A DNA stretch of 64,000 nucleotides from Candidatus Doudnabacteria bacterium RIFCSPHIGHO2_02_FULL_42_25 (GCA_001777665.1 MFEQ01000004.1:64679-128678); one strand, 5' to 3'; shown: positions 19,281 to 29,626, counted from the first letter of the stretch. The notes: generated from the sequence alone by a model not told the origin. Program-made: numbers and translations.

Positions 19281-21019
19281 TGTCTTGAGGGAGGGATCTG
19301 CATGTAGTTTAGGATAAAGCCGGCTATTTCACCAAACGCCGGGGCCGCAGTCGATTCAGCAAATTTCACACTGGTTGGATTATCTATACGGACTAGCATT
19401 AGGAACCGAGGGTCATCCACAGGACCAAATCCGATAAAAGATCCAATATTCGTGTTCGGATCATAGCCTGAACGATCTTTATAAGCAACCTGGGCTGTCC
19501 CTGTTTTCCCAGCAATATAATATCCAGACACCGCGGCTTTTTTGCCATGGCCACTCTCTACCACTTCGACCATCATGCCTGCGACCTGGACTGCGGTTTG
19601 GGTATCCAGGATCTGCTCTTCTGTGTCTGGCCTTGGTTCATCAATACTGCCGTCAGAATGCACTATTTTTCGCACAACGTACGGAGTCATCATTTTGCCA
19701 CCATTGGCGATGGCTGTAAATGCTTGGATCAATTGAATCGGAGTGACTGTAATCCCTTGACCATAAGACGCGGTGGCAAAGAAAATATCTCCTTTGCGCT
19801 TAAGATTGTCGAGATTTCCTTCAACTTGGCCGGATAAACCCAAATCAACTGATTTACCAAACCCAAACCTCTCCACATACTTTTTAAATTTGTCATTGCC
19901 AATTTGCTGTTGGGCGTACACCGCTCCGGTGTTTAACGATTCGGTCAAAACTTCAATCATATTTTGTTCACCACGAGGAGTTGGGTCAGAATTTTTAATT
20001 AACTTATCATCGATCTGTAATTCCCCTGCATCGACATATGTAGTTTGGGGTGTAACTTTTTTCTCATTGATCGCCGCAGCCATAGTAATTGGTTTAAATA
20101 TTGACCCTGGTTCATAGTCTCCGGAGAGCACCCGATTGTTGAACACTGACTGGTCCACGACCTTCCCGTAGTTGTTTAAATCAAAACCGGGTTCCGAAGC
20201 CATGGCTAATATCGCTCCAGTTTTGGGTTCCACTATCACAATCGATCCTGATGGCGCATCGTGTTCGGCTAAAGTTTTTTTAAGCACCTCTTCGGCTTTG
20301 AACTGAATAGTCCGATCTATGGTCAGATAGATATCATCGCCATCGACAGCAGGCACAAAGCTTCTGGAAGCCGTCGTAATCCACCGACCAGAAGGATCAG
20401 TGTCAGCGTCCAAAATACCAATACTTCCAGCTAACTCTTTTTGATATTTACCTTCTACCCCGTATTGTCCAACCCTGATGTCATCTTTGAAACCTAAAAA
20501 TCCGATAACCTGGCTGGCCAAATCTTTTTCTGGATAAAATCGGACATCTTCGGCCTGCAAATAAATACCTGGAAGATCCATAGCTTTCAGGGTTTTAGAA
20601 ACTTCATCATCCACCTGTTTTTTTATGATGGAAAAATTTCCACTGCCTGCCACTTTGTTTGCAACTTCAGTCAGATCCATCTCCAAGAGCTTGGCCAGCT
20701 TCGCTGCGGTATTCGGTTTATCTGTAACTTCTTTCGGCACGGCAAAAACCATATTTTTCGCAACATTCGTCGCCACTAAAACAGGAACACCATTATTGAT
20801 CGGACTAAAATATATTTCCCCGCGATTCGCATTGATTGCTTGCTGAATCCCATGCTGATTCTCAGCTAGCGCTTTGAAGTAATCCCCTCTCAGAATTTGT
20901 AAATTAAACACCCTAAAAATAATCAAGGCTACAAATAAAGTGATAAAGAGCAACAACAAAAAAATTCTTATAGTGTAAGAATTTTTGTTCGGCTTAGGAT
21001 AAGAGGTTATTGTGTTCAT
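19277..21019 (-). CDS. ftsI: Class B penicillin-binding protein (FtsI)
   Basis: EPGSIFK (SxxK), SLN, KTGTAQ; position in the dcw cluster. Confidence 0.9.
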   Translation of the reverse strand: MNTITSYPKPNKNSYTIRIFLLLLFITLFVALIIFRVFNLQILRGDYFKALAENQHGIQQAINANRGEIYFSPINNGVPVLVATNVAKNMVFAVPKEVTDKPNTAAKLAKLLEMDLTEVANKVAGSGNFSIIKKQVDDEVSKTLKAMDLPGIYLQAEDVRFYPEKDLASQVIGFLGFKDDIRVGQYGVEGKYQKELAGSIGILDADTDPSGRWITTASRSFVPAVDGDDIYLTIDRTIQFKAEEVLKKTLAEHDAPSGSIVIVEPKTGAILAMASEPGFDLNNYGKVVDQSVFNNRVLSGDYEPGSIFKPITMAAAINEKKVTPQTTYVDAGELQIDDKLIKNSDPTPRGEQNMIEVLTESLNTGAVYAQQQIGNDKFKKYVERFGFGKSVDLGLSGQVEGNLDNLKRKGDIFFATASYGQGITVTPIQLIQAFTAIANGGKMMTPYVVRKIVHSDGSIDEPRPDTEEQILDTQTAVQVAGMMVEVVESGHGKKAAVSGYYIAGKTGTAQVAYKDRSGYDPNTNIGSFIGFGPVDDPRFLMLVRIDNPTSVKFAESTAAPAFGEIAGFILNYMQIPPSRQ

Positions 21020-21217
21020 CCCGTTAGAGACAGGGTCCGTTAGAAATCTTTATAACGGAGTTCTTGATTAAATTAATTATTATTCTATTAACAATCACTT
21101 GATAGGTCTTCTTAATTTCTAACGGACCCGTAAAATCACTAGTTCATCCAGTATATAATCTTTTATGTTCTAACTTAGTAATATAAACGCAAGATGTTTA
21201 GTTGTCTCTAACGGGAT
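21018..21217. mobile_element. Nested MITE-like elements with TCTAACGG-type 15-bp inverted repeats
   Basis: Outer IR ATCCCGTTAGAGACA/TGTCTCTAACGGGAT; inner IR GGGTCCGTTAGAAAT/ATTTCTAACGGACCC (21033-21129). Confidence 0.7.
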
Positions 21218-21550
21218 TCATTTCAAAGCCACGTCTGAATCCTTAAGATAAGTGACATTACTTGCCGGAACAAAATTCAGGAGCTGCGCATCAGATTTGA
21301 TGCGATTGATAGATTGTAAATCGGAAACTTGTAATTGCAAGGCTTTTTGCTCTTTTTGTAAGTTGGTCAATTGTTGGTCCAATTTCCGGATCTCATAACC
21401 TTTAGTGCTCAACGCATTCACACTGTACAAATATACGAAACCGATTAAAAAAATAGCCGCGATAGTACTCAAATTTAAAATATAGGTCGAAACAAAAGAT
21501 CTAGATTTCTTTTTGCTAAAAACCGGAATCGCTAACGATAAATCACGCAT
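21218..21550 (-). CDS. ftsL: FtsL-like cell division protein
   Basis: TM plus coiled coil between rsmH and ftsI. Confidence 0.7.
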   Translation of the reverse strand: MRDLSLAIPVFSKKKSRSFVSTYILNLSTIAAIFLIGFVYLYSVNALSTKGYEIRKLDQQLTNLQKEQKALQLQVSDLQSINRIKSDAQLLNFVPASNVTYLKDSDVALK

Positions 21551-21575
21551 TTTTGCCGCCTGCCTTTTTCTTTTT

Positions 21576-21610
21576 ATCCAGCACCACTTTTTTCTAAAGT
21601 GGTGCTGGAT
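21576..21610. repeat. ATCCAGCACC...GGTGCTGGAT palindromic repeat
   Basis: Same arms flank 54357-54456 as a 16-bp perfect inverted repeat. Confidence 0.7.
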
Positions 21611-22543
21611 TTAATTTTTTTCTAAAGCTCTTAATTTAGCTGGCTTACTTCTAGGATTCGCTTCAGTTTCCAAATCTGTCGCTTTGATTACTTTTCGAGT
21701 GAGAATTCTTACTGTCGAAGTTTTACCACAGACACAGGTCGGAAATTCAACAGGACAGATACAATCCTTGGCTTCGGAAACGAAGAATTCTTTAACAATT
21801 CGATCTTCAAGAGAATGGAAGGAAATAATTACCAGTCGTCCGCGTGGGGCTAGCGCTGACACCATCTTCGGTAAAGCAGATTTTAAATTCTCTAACTCAC
21901 GATTGACCTCGATCCGTATTGCCTGAAAAACTCGTCGGATATTATCATTGGCTTTAAATCGGATGGATGATGGGACGGCACTTTTGATAATTTCAACTAG
22001 CTGACTGGTGGTGGTAATTCTTTTTTCTTTACGCGCTGCTACTATTGCTGCGGCGATTCTGCCATTCAATCGTTCTTCGCCATAATTTTCAATTATATCT
22101 TCCAAATCTTTTGGCGAATATTGATTGACTACTGATTCCGCACTCGCCGTCTGCGACCGATCATAGCGCATATCCAGTGGTCCATCAGTGGCAAATGAAA
22201 AACCGCGTGACGAGTCTTCTAACTGTAGAGACGAAAAACCCAGATCCAGAAGAATACCGTCAACTTGATCCCAGCCCACTTGCTGTAAGATTTGATCAAT
22301 GTTTGCATAATTTCCCGAAACCAATTTGGTTTTTTGGCTCAACCCTCCTGCCGTAAGCTCTGCTTCGAGTTTACGTAAGGAGGCTTGATCCAAATCAATC
22401 CCCAATACTTCATTGGATTTGTTCCGAGAAAGAATTGCGCGCAGATGTCCGCCGCCGCCGACAGTGCCATCAACGAACTTCCCACCCTTATCCGCATTCA
22501 AATATTCTAATGTTTCATTTAAAAGAACTGGTATGTGCGCCAT
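21611..22543 (-). CDS. rsmH: 16S rRNA m4C1402 methyltransferase
   Basis: HIPVLL, DGTVGGGGH, DLGFSS, FQAIRIEVN, SFHSLEDR. Confidence 0.97.
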   Translation of the reverse strand: MAHIPVLLNETLEYLNADKGGKFVDGTVGGGGHLRAILSRNKSNEVLGIDLDQASLRKLEAELTAGGLSQKTKLVSGNYANIDQILQQVGWDQVDGILLDLGFSSLQLEDSSRGFSFATDGPLDMRYDRSQTASAESVVNQYSPKDLEDIIENYGEERLNGRIAAAIVAARKEKRITTTSQLVEIIKSAVPSSIRFKANDNIRRVFQAIRIEVNRELENLKSALPKMVSALAPRGRLVIISFHSLEDRIVKEFFVSEAKDCICPVEFPTCVCGKTSTVRILTRKVIKATDLETEANPRSKPAKLRALEKN

Positions 22544-22975
22544 TTAGACCCCAAGTTCTCCGAGTGCTTCTGCGATACTGGTACTTTCACTTTCAGTGGT
22601 TTTCTTGTATGCTTCCCAGGTTTGTGAATCCCAAATTTCAATTCGGTTATATAAACCTGCGACCACAACTTTTTTTCCGAGACTGGCAAACTTTCTCAAA
22701 TATTCTGGGATCATCATTCGTCCTTGCTTGTCTAATTCGGCATCATAAGCCCCGGCCAACATCAATCTGGCAAAAGCTCTGGAATTGGCTTTCGAAAGCG
22801 GTAAAGCTGCCAACTTCGTGGCAATTGCTTCCCATTCGCTTTTCGTGTAAAGGAACAAACTTCGATCTAGTCCCCTCGTTACTACGGCAGCTGCGGAAAG
22901 CTTGGATCGGAATTTAGCCGGAACCGCGATTCTTCCCTTCGCATCCATACTGATTGTATACTCGCCTATAAACAT
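22544..22975 (-). CDS. mraZ: Transcriptional regulator MraZ
   Basis: MFIGEY, DAKGR, DKQGR, IEIWD. Confidence 0.97.
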   Translation of the reverse strand: MFIGEYTISMDAKGRIAVPAKFRSKLSAAAVVTRGLDRSLFLYTKSEWEAIATKLAALPLSKANSRAFARLMLAGAYDAELDKQGRMMIPEYLRKFASLGKKVVVAGLYNRIEIWDSQTWEAYKKTTESESTSIAEALGELGV

Positions 22976-22994
22976 TCTTGTGATCGCGAGTTTC

Positions 22995-23072
22995 CTACGA
23001 AATACGAATTGGTACGAAACTACGAACTGGGCTTAATTCTTTCGTATTTTCGTAGATTTTCGTAGTTCGGAG
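22995..23072. repeat. Inverted array of TACGAA/TTCGTA short repeats
   Basis: Four TACGAA then four TTCG(T)A-like units; same design at 31445, 35119, 61170 and 63134. Confidence 0.85.
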
Positions 23073-23108
23073 AGAAAACTCCATTAATAGCTACAGGAAC
23101 CGAGTTTT

Positions 23109-23173
23109 CCACATTTCCCCACTTTTATCCACAATTCACCACTTACAAGTTAGTATAACCCACCCTAAACCAC
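23109..23173 (-). promoter_or_regulatory. MraZ operator: GTGG-N6 direct repeats
   Basis: CCAC at 23109, 23119, 23129, 23139, then 23160 and 23170 (10-bp period) upstream of mraZ. Confidence 0.75.
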
Positions 23174-23288
23174 CCGTCAAAGCGGTTAAACATAACAAAA
23201 ATAGGCTTAAATAAGCCTATGAAGTTTCACGTTTCCACACAAAGTTTTCCACTAAAAAACTGCCCCAAATAGTGGGCAGTTTATTATG

Positions 23289-23384
23289 CTAAGCAGCAGC
23301 TTCGTCTTTTTCTTCAGCCATATCTCCGCCTTCTGTTGGCATAGCTGGTGTTGCTGGTGTTGTGGCTTCATCATCCATGAACAT
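23289..23384 (-). CDS. 31-aa acidic peptide (not in ORF track)
   Basis: MFMDDEATTPATPAMPTEGGDMAEEKDEAAA, followed by terminator AAAACTGCCC...GGGCAGTTTT at 23256-23282. Confidence 0.55.
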   Translation of the reverse strand: MFMDDEATTPATPAMPTEGGDMAEEKDEAAA

Positions 23385-23574
23385 GTGTTTGTAAGCTTTC
23401 TGTCCTTAGGACCATTAATAGCAGAAACATTATAACGTATTGCTGATACCTGGTCAACCCCTTAATGGCTCGGTATTATTTTGCAAAATTACCGGCCATA
23501 AAATTCTGCTGAATTTTTGGCCTACGCGCTCGGATCGTCATCCTGCGCGAGTTAATTTTACAAAAAATACCTCG

Positions 23575-23811
23575 CTAACCTCTTGATAAGAGGAATTTGA
23601 TAATACCGGAGACACTTTCCCAGACATTTTTTAAAATCGGTATCGAGGCTGGTAAAAGCACAACCAGGAGGATTAGATAAATAAATTCTCTCTTAATAAC
23701 CTTAAATACTCCGATCACGATCAGCACCGCCAGCGCTATCGAAACTATGCCGTGAAGGTTGGAAGGAAAATAACTAAGAAATTGGTTGTAGATTGAATAG
23801 ATTTGATCCAT
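23575..23811 (-). CDS. Small membrane protein
   Basis: 78 aa, 2 TM, starts immediately after the upstream stop. Confidence 0.65.
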   Translation of the reverse strand: MDQIYSIYNQFLSYFPSNLHGIVSIALAVLIVIGVFKVIKREFIYLILLVVLLPASIPILKNVWESVSGIIKFLLSRG

Positions 23812-24402
23812 TTATTTATAAATTAGCCTGGCTAATGGTTTACGTTGTTTGGTTTTATCTATCACTATTAGCGGATTGTTCTCGAGAATGTTTTTCACAA
23901 ACCGATCATTCAAAATCTTTCGGTATTCAAACTCTTGAATCGAAAAAATAGTGTAACTAATTTCTTGCTCGGCAAACTTCTCAGCGAGAGTGATAAAAGT
24001 ATTCAATCGTTTCGTCCCGATTTTACCGACAATCAAAATATCGGTTTCCAGTCTCGGCTTACCGACAAAGACTCCGGTTAAGGCAATCAGCTTCGCGCTT
24101 GTCAGTTTCGATGCAGCTTTGGCTAGATTGTCAGTCGGGATCTGTCTGACCTTTCGCAGCAGCGTGACTAATTCCGGATAGAGAGTAAAATGCTTGTTCA
24201 TCTGGTAGTATCGAACTTTATTTTTTGCAGTCATGTTTATGAACTCAATTTTATCAAGTTCACGGAGAGTCTGCTTTAGAATTTTAGAAGGAGCATTTGA
24301 ATTGACCCGAAGTTCGGTAAATGAAAAACTTCGCACCGGGTGTGCCAGAAATAAATTAATGACGTTGGTTTTGAGCCTGGATGATAATAGTTGGCTTAAC
24401 AT
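23812..24402 (-). CDS. Winged-helix plus degenerate nucleotidyltransferase-fold protein
   Basis: MLSQLLSS...F.L..EL..L; LTGVF...DILIVG...EISYT....EF.YR. Confidence 0.7.
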   Translation of the reverse strand: MLSQLLSSRLKTNVINLFLAHPVRSFSFTELRVNSNAPSKILKQTLRELDKIEFINMTAKNKVRYYQMNKHFTLYPELVTLLRKVRQIPTDNLAKAASKLTSAKLIALTGVFVGKPRLETDILIVGKIGTKRLNTFITLAEKFAEQEISYTIFSIQEFEYRKILNDRFVKNILENNPLIVIDKTKQRKPLARLIYK

Positions 24403-24451
24403 GAACCAAATATAGCATAAAATGATTATATTTGCTATACTAAACAACGTT

Positions 24452-26347
24452 ATGGCCCGACTAGAAACACAAATCAATCAAATTTATCTGATCAACCCCG
24501 AGTCGAAAAAGAACTCGTTAGTCCTCTACGAAGAACAACTTAATAATTCTCTACAGCTCTTTATCGTCGCTGAACTCTGGAACATGACACGCAAAACAGA
24601 GAGCAATGATTTAAAAAAAATCCTGGAAATTATTCTTGGTTCGTTTAAAGAAAACAAAAAGTTACCGGCAGAAACTTTATTCGAAACTTCACTCTCGCAA
24701 ATCAATCAGAATTTAGCCGACCTCGCTCACGAAGGGCGTAAATCTTGGGTCGGCAAATTTTCGTGTGTGATTTGCGCTCATGGCGGCGACAATAACATCT
24801 ATCTGGCCAACAACGGCCAAACCGCGGCGTGGTTAAAACGAAAATCGGAAATGATGGAGATCTTACCCGCAGAAAAGCGTGGAACTCACCCACTCAAAAC
24901 TTTCGTGAATTTTACACAGGGCAAACTCACTGACAAAGATAGTTTAATCCTGACCACTTCCAATATTTTCAATTACATTTCGTTTGGACTGTTTACAAAA
25001 ATCTTAGATCAAAAACCTTTAGACGAAGCCGGTCAGGAAATCACAAAAATTTTACAGGATGCCAAAGCTCCTGACATGGCTTTTTGCAGCTTTATGCTGC
25101 ACTTTGCAAAAGCTATGGAGATCTCACCGCTCTCTACGCCTGCGAAAGATATCTATGCCCCTCTGCCTGAAAACGAGGTAATAGAGGATAAAAAACCTAA
25201 ATTTAAATTAAAACTACCAGCTTTTTCTCTTCCGACTTTTTCTATTCGAAAACCAAATTTTGAATGGTTGCAAAAAATTAAAGGTTTTGGATATTTTAAA
25301 AACTTAAGTAAACCTGGAAAGTTTTTTGTTATTTGCTTCGGAATTTTTTTATTGCTGTTTTTGATTAACCTCAGCATCTACGCCAGTAAAATCCAAGACA
25401 AAAAAACCCAAGTCCAAATCACTCAACTTGTTGAAAAAATTAATCAGGATGTTTCCGCAGCTCAATCCGCTTTGATCTATAAAGATGAAAACCAAGCCAT
25501 CACTTATCTCAATCAAGCGATTGAGGATTACAACCAACTCCTGGCTTTAGATCCAATCAAAGCTCAAGAATTAGATCCAAAAATCGAGCAAGTCAAAACC
25601 GTCATCAATAAAATTAACATCATTGAGAACCCGACAGTTTTTTTGGATTTGAAACACAGTCCTCTCTTTATGTCCAAAACGCCGATTGGATTTTTGTTTG
25701 GCAATCAGGATTCCAATTCGCTTTCACGCTTTGATGAGACCCTTACTGACTATTTTCTCCTCAACAGTCTGACTGATCCGATTACTGCTATTGATCACAC
25801 TCAAACCACGGGCGTGATTGTTTTGGCTGGAAGTAAAATTTATCGGATAGATCCGATTCTCAAACAATTTGAACCAATTGTCAGTGTGGAAAATGGCGAT
25901 CTCACTACGATGCTGGTCGGGAACAGTGCTATCTACACCCTGGACAAAGCCAACGACCAGCTACTAAAAATTCTTTATACCAAGAGCTATCGCAAACAAA
26001 TCAGTGTCTCGGGTAACGTCCGCGATGCCCGCGATTTCGGGATTGATAAAGACATATATATTCTCTATGCAGATAAAATTACTAAATACGTTTCAGGTCA
26101 GCTTCAAGCTTTCCCACTTCCAAACATGTCCGATCCTCTAACTAACGGTGATAAAATTCAAGTGGCATCTAGTCTTTATATTTTGGAAGCAAATAAAAAA
26201 CGCGTACTAATTTTAAACAAGAATGGGACTTTAATAAATCAAATCTATTTCCCAACGACAAATGCGCCCACTGATTTCTATGTCGACGAAGCCTCGAGAA
26301 GTCTCTACCTCCTTGATGGAAATAAACTTTTCAAAGTGACAATCTAG
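24452..26347 (+). CDS. Single-pass membrane protein: degenerate PP2C-like N-domain, TM, helical region, beta-propeller-like C-domain
   Basis: IYLANNG...D.LILTT motifs, TM near the middle, repeated (I/L)Y(I/L)LD blades. Confidence 0.65.
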   Translation: MARLETQINQIYLINPESKKNSLVLYEEQLNNSLQLFIVAELWNMTRKTESNDLKKILEIILGSFKENKKLPAETLFETSLSQINQNLADLAHEGRKSWVGKFSCVICAHGGDNNIYLANNGQTAAWLKRKSEMMEILPAEKRGTHPLKTFVNFTQGKLTDKDSLILTTSNIFNYISFGLFTKILDQKPLDEAGQEITKILQDAKAPDMAFCSFMLHFAKAMEISPLSTPAKDIYAPLPENEVIEDKKPKFKLKLPAFSLPTFSIRKPNFEWLQKIKGFGYFKNLSKPGKFFVICFGIFLLLFLINLSIYASKIQDKKTQVQITQLVEKINQDVSAAQSALIYKDENQAITYLNQAIEDYNQLLALDPIKAQELDPKIEQVKTVINKINIIENPTVFLDLKHSPLFMSKTPIGFLFGNQDSNSLSRFDETLTDYFLLNSLTDPITAIDHTQTTGVIVLAGSKIYRIDPILKQFEPIVSVENGDLTTMLVGNSAIYTLDKANDQLLKILYTKSYRKQISVSGNVRDARDFGIDKDIYILYADKITKYVSGQLQAFPLPNMSDPLTNGDKIQVASSLYILEANKKRVLILNKNGTLINQIYFPTTNAPTDFYVDEASRSLYLLDGNKLFKVTI

Positions 26348-26369
26348 CAGTTACTCTCAAGCACAGAAA

Positions 26370-26488
26370 TGTAGCGTGCCCATTTATGGGCTCGAGCTGA
26401 TAAATCAGCGCGCTACAAAATCTACCCCGCCTAACCTCCAGCCCCCGGCGGCCGATGAGGGATGGAACATCTGTTCCAGGGGAGGAAT
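26370..26488. repeat. GTAG...CTAC REP-like doublet followed by a degenerate DUF559-type terminal repeat
   Basis: TGTAGCGTGCCCATTTATGGGC...GCTGATAAATCAGCGCGCTACA, then TCTACCCCGCCTAACCTCC...GGGGAGGAA. Confidence 0.6.
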
Positions 26489-26553
26489 TTTATAACCCAA
26501 ATAAAAAAGGCGGGTCCGGTGCAGAACCTGCCTGAAGCAAACCACAACGGCTA

Positions 26554-26835
26554 TTACGCCGTTTTTAGTTCAGGGTAAGCCCGAAGTCGGTCGCAGAGAG
26601 CCTGGAACTTATCCCGATCTACCGGAAGTTCCGGGTTCGGAGTGCCAACCGGCTCAACGTCGTTAACGACCCGACGGTACCAGGACAGGAAATCTCGAAT
26701 GATTGAGGTTTCCTTTGTATGACGGCTTGCGACGGGATAGGCCGTCATAAGCGCTTCACGGAGCGCGTAGCAATGCTTCAATGTCGGCTCCTCGATGTTG
26801 ACGACAAGCATTTCCTGCAATTCCTGTATGCTCAC
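26554..26835 (-). CDS. GC-rich hypothetical protein
   Basis: SD GGAGGAGG before GTG. Confidence 0.6.
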   Translation of the reverse strand: MSIQELQEMLVVNIEEPTLKHCYALREALMTAYPVASRHTKETSIIRDFLSWYRRVVNDVEPVGTPNPELPVDRDKFQALCDRLRAYPELKTA

Positions 26836-26890
26836 GAAAATCCTCCTCCCAGAGACGAGTTATTTTAACCTTTTATTAAAAACTGATCAA

Positions 26891-28582
26891 CTATTTAGGC
26901 TTAGTGGATTCCAAAGCCGACCGTCTGGATTCTAATTTTTGAAGATCTGTTCTCATTTTCTGAAGCTCTGTCTGGTTCTTGTTTAGAATGCTACGTTGAA
27001 TTTCCAATCTGTCATCTGCCCGGTAGGAATCACGCATGAGATTACTTCCTAAACCAAGTTTAATTCCTTCCTGTTTTTCTTTTAACGTCGCTAGTACTTG
27101 CTGCTCTTGCGGCAATTCTCGCCCGATGTTTTCAATTTTTTTAGTCAATATCTCTTGTTTTATCTTATCTTTTACCCCGCCGAAAAAACCTTTAGGTAGA
27201 TCCCGCAGTGTTATTTGAGTTTCAGATAATTCTTTTTGAAGTCGGACAATTTTTTCACCTTGCACTGTCACTGCACGACCTGCTTTGTCGTAGTCTAGAT
27301 TCTTTTGCAATATAACAACTTGTTCCTGAGTGCTGACTATCTCCCTTTCTATTTCATCTATTCTTACCACTAAGCCTTCAATTTTCTTCTGGATGTCCTT
27401 CAACTCTCTTTGACGATTAAACTCCCTATCTTCAACCAGAGCATCTTCTTTAATTCTTCCTACGGTTTCTGGATTAAATTTGAACCCTAGCGAGGTTTTC
27501 AACTCTTGCATCGGCATATTGGTATCTTTAATCGCCGCTTCCAATTTTGCTTTTTGTTCATCGGATAACTCCCAAGAATAAGGTAAATGAGGCATTCCCG
27601 CAGCACTAACGTCTTTTGACTCCCATTTCTCAACTCCTCCCCAACCTACTGCACCATTCCAAACTTGAACCTTAACTTGGTCTTTACCTCCTCCAATTAT
27701 AAGATTCAAGCTGCTATTTGCAGCTTTCACAGCTTCTTGTTCATGGTTATCTCCGGGTTGACTGTGGTTGGACGCAAAAGTTTCTTGAATTTTCTTTAAA
27801 ATACCTTCTTTGATTCGCTGTAAAAGTTCGGGATTAGATACGAGTTTCGATGCTGCTTCAGTCGAACCGAACTCTCTAAAATTTAAATCAAGATCATATT
27901 CAAAATCTCTTTTGTCAGACCATTCATTTCGATCTCTTCGACTTCTTTGAGTTCCAGTAATAATTTGAGAATAAATTCTTTCTACGAGTTTATTAATGTC
28001 AAACTGCATCTCAACTTCTTTTGCTTGAGCAGCAATTTCTCTTCGCTTAATCACATACTCTTGAAGAGCCGGAAAAATTTCTTCTTGTCGACGAACTTCA
28101 GGACTCAAGCCCATTATTTTTTCGGCTTCTGCTGTGGTTTGGTCTATCTTTTGTGTTTTTGATGCTACAAGTTCATTCGCTTCTTGGATTGCTTCTCTAG
28201 TTTGTGCAATCTTTTCGTCTATTTGTCTATCATCAACTCCAGCTTGTGTTTGCACTTGACGATACAAAGATTTTACCTCATCAGGAGTCTGCTCATCTGC
28301 TATCGCAGCATCAGCTTCCTTTTTACTTTCGAACACCTGTGTCTTTTGATTATTAAGCGCTCTTATATGTTGCCATTTTAGGTTACTCGCCGTATTGGTA
28401 TTAGATATATCCGAGTTAAGCGCTACCTGTTCTTCACGGTCAGCGTAAAGCTTATCCACTTGTGAAGTAACAGCGGCCTGTTTATCATCCGCGGCTTTTT
28501 GTTCTCGCTCTTGTTGGATAGAAGCCGCTTTATCGCGAGCTTGAGCTAAAAGTTCTTCCATGTTTGGTTGTGATTCGCTCAT
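26891..28582 (-). CDS. Large coiled-coil hypothetical protein
   Basis: 563 aa, Q/E/K-rich heptads at both ends. Confidence 0.75.
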   Translation of the reverse strand: MSESQPNMEELLAQARDKAASIQQEREQKAADDKQAAVTSQVDKLYADREEQVALNSDISNTNTASNLKWQHIRALNNQKTQVFESKKEADAAIADEQTPDEVKSLYRQVQTQAGVDDRQIDEKIAQTREAIQEANELVASKTQKIDQTTAEAEKIMGLSPEVRRQEEIFPALQEYVIKRREIAAQAKEVEMQFDINKLVERIYSQIITGTQRSRRDRNEWSDKRDFEYDLDLNFREFGSTEAASKLVSNPELLQRIKEGILKKIQETFASNHSQPGDNHEQEAVKAANSSLNLIIGGGKDQVKVQVWNGAVGWGGVEKWESKDVSAAGMPHLPYSWELSDEQKAKLEAAIKDTNMPMQELKTSLGFKFNPETVGRIKEDALVEDREFNRQRELKDIQKKIEGLVVRIDEIEREIVSTQEQVVILQKNLDYDKAGRAVTVQGEKIVRLQKELSETQITLRDLPKGFFGGVKDKIKQEILTKKIENIGRELPQEQQVLATLKEKQEGIKLGLGSNLMRDSYRADDRLEIQRSILNKNQTELQKMRTDLQKLESRRSALESTKPK

Positions 28583-28591
28583 AGATATTTA

Positions 28592-29173
28592 TTAATAATA
28601 GCCTTGGGAACTGCAAGTTCCCACGTATTGATTAACTTCTCCATTAAAAATCGCCAAACAGTAGGATTGGCCGGTTACGCCGTCTATGATTGTGCGCCAA
28701 GCTCCAGTCGCACTACCAGCTACCACAGGTGTTTCAATGGTTTTCACTACTTCTCTGTAAGGAATGAGGTTATATAGTGGCTCTTCCGTCATGAAATTAG
28801 GCACAGTTTCTGCTGATGGGAGTGGCCCGTGAGCCAAATTCGAATCGGATTGATCAAAAACGTCGGCAAATATCTGGTAAACAGACCCCCAAACAAAATA
28901 GATATCAGCATCCGCTTCCGAGTCCTCTAGAAACGCAATGGTGGCATCAGCTGATTGAGTATAAAAATTTTGGACTGTATCGTATATAAAAAATACTTCT
29001 TCAAACCAGGCTCGATCTCCGATTGTTTGTTGCCAACCGATATCGAGTCGCTGAACCATATCCTGCTGAACTGATGCAACTTCTGGATTTGAAAGTGGCA
29101 CAAACAGAAAAAACGCTGTCGAAACAACGATCGCCGCCAAACCATAATAAATTGGTTTTGCTTGCGCGTACAT
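28592..29173 (-). CDS. Acidic single-TM protein (paralogue 3)
   Basis: TM, then LD...FY.QSA motif. Confidence 0.7.
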   Translation of the reverse strand: MYAQAKPIYYGLAAIVVSTAFFLFVPLSNPEVASVQQDMVQRLDIGWQQTIGDRAWFEEVFFIYDTVQNFYTQSADATIAFLEDSEADADIYFVWGSVYQIFADVFDQSDSNLAHGPLPSAETVPNFMTEEPLYNLIPYREVVKTIETPVVAGSATGAWRTIIDGVTGQSYCLAIFNGEVNQYVGTCSSQGYY

Positions 29174-29185
29174 TTTTGTTTTTGT

Positions 29186-29593
29186 TTAAAACGTCGAAGC
29201 TCTAGCGAATGAAGACAAATCCAAAAGCGTAGTTAATTCTTCTGCTGCGCTTTCGTAAAAGCTATTCGTGTATTCAGTCAGCTGCAGAATTTGATCGAAA
29301 GGATTTTCTGGGAGTGATAACAGCTCTGTCATCGCCGTGGCTGATTCCTGATAAAAAGTATCGATTGTCTTTATCGCATCAACAACTGGCTGCATGACGA
29401 CGATTGTATCAGTGACTGCTTCAGAAATAGCTGAACTCATGTCCAGCATCGACAGCCCGCTTTGCCAATCTGCAATCTCTGCACTTCCCATCAAAAATCC
29501 TTCGAGCAGCAAAACGACTGCCAAGATGATCAGGAGGTATTGTGGCTCGTATTGTTTTGGTTTTTTTGATTTTGATTTTGATTTTTTTGTCAT
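29186..29593 (-). CDS. Acidic single-TM protein (paralogue 2)
   Basis: TM, then LDM...FYQESA; FYESAA repeated. Confidence 0.7.
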   Translation of the reverse strand: MTKKSKSKSKKPKQYEPQYLLIILAVVLLLEGFLMGSAEIADWQSGLSMLDMSSAISEAVTDTIVVMQPVVDAIKTIDTFYQESATAMTELLSLPENPFDQILQLTEYTNSFYESAAEELTTLLDLSSFARASTF

Positions 29594-29626
29594 ATTTTTT
29601 GTTCTCCCTGCCTGCCGGCAGGCAGG

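Noticed and set aside
22976-23574. Replication origin
   Set aside because: Only one perfect DnaA box; the repeats are explained by the MraZ operator; no dnaA/dnaN nearby; GC skew cannot be assessed here
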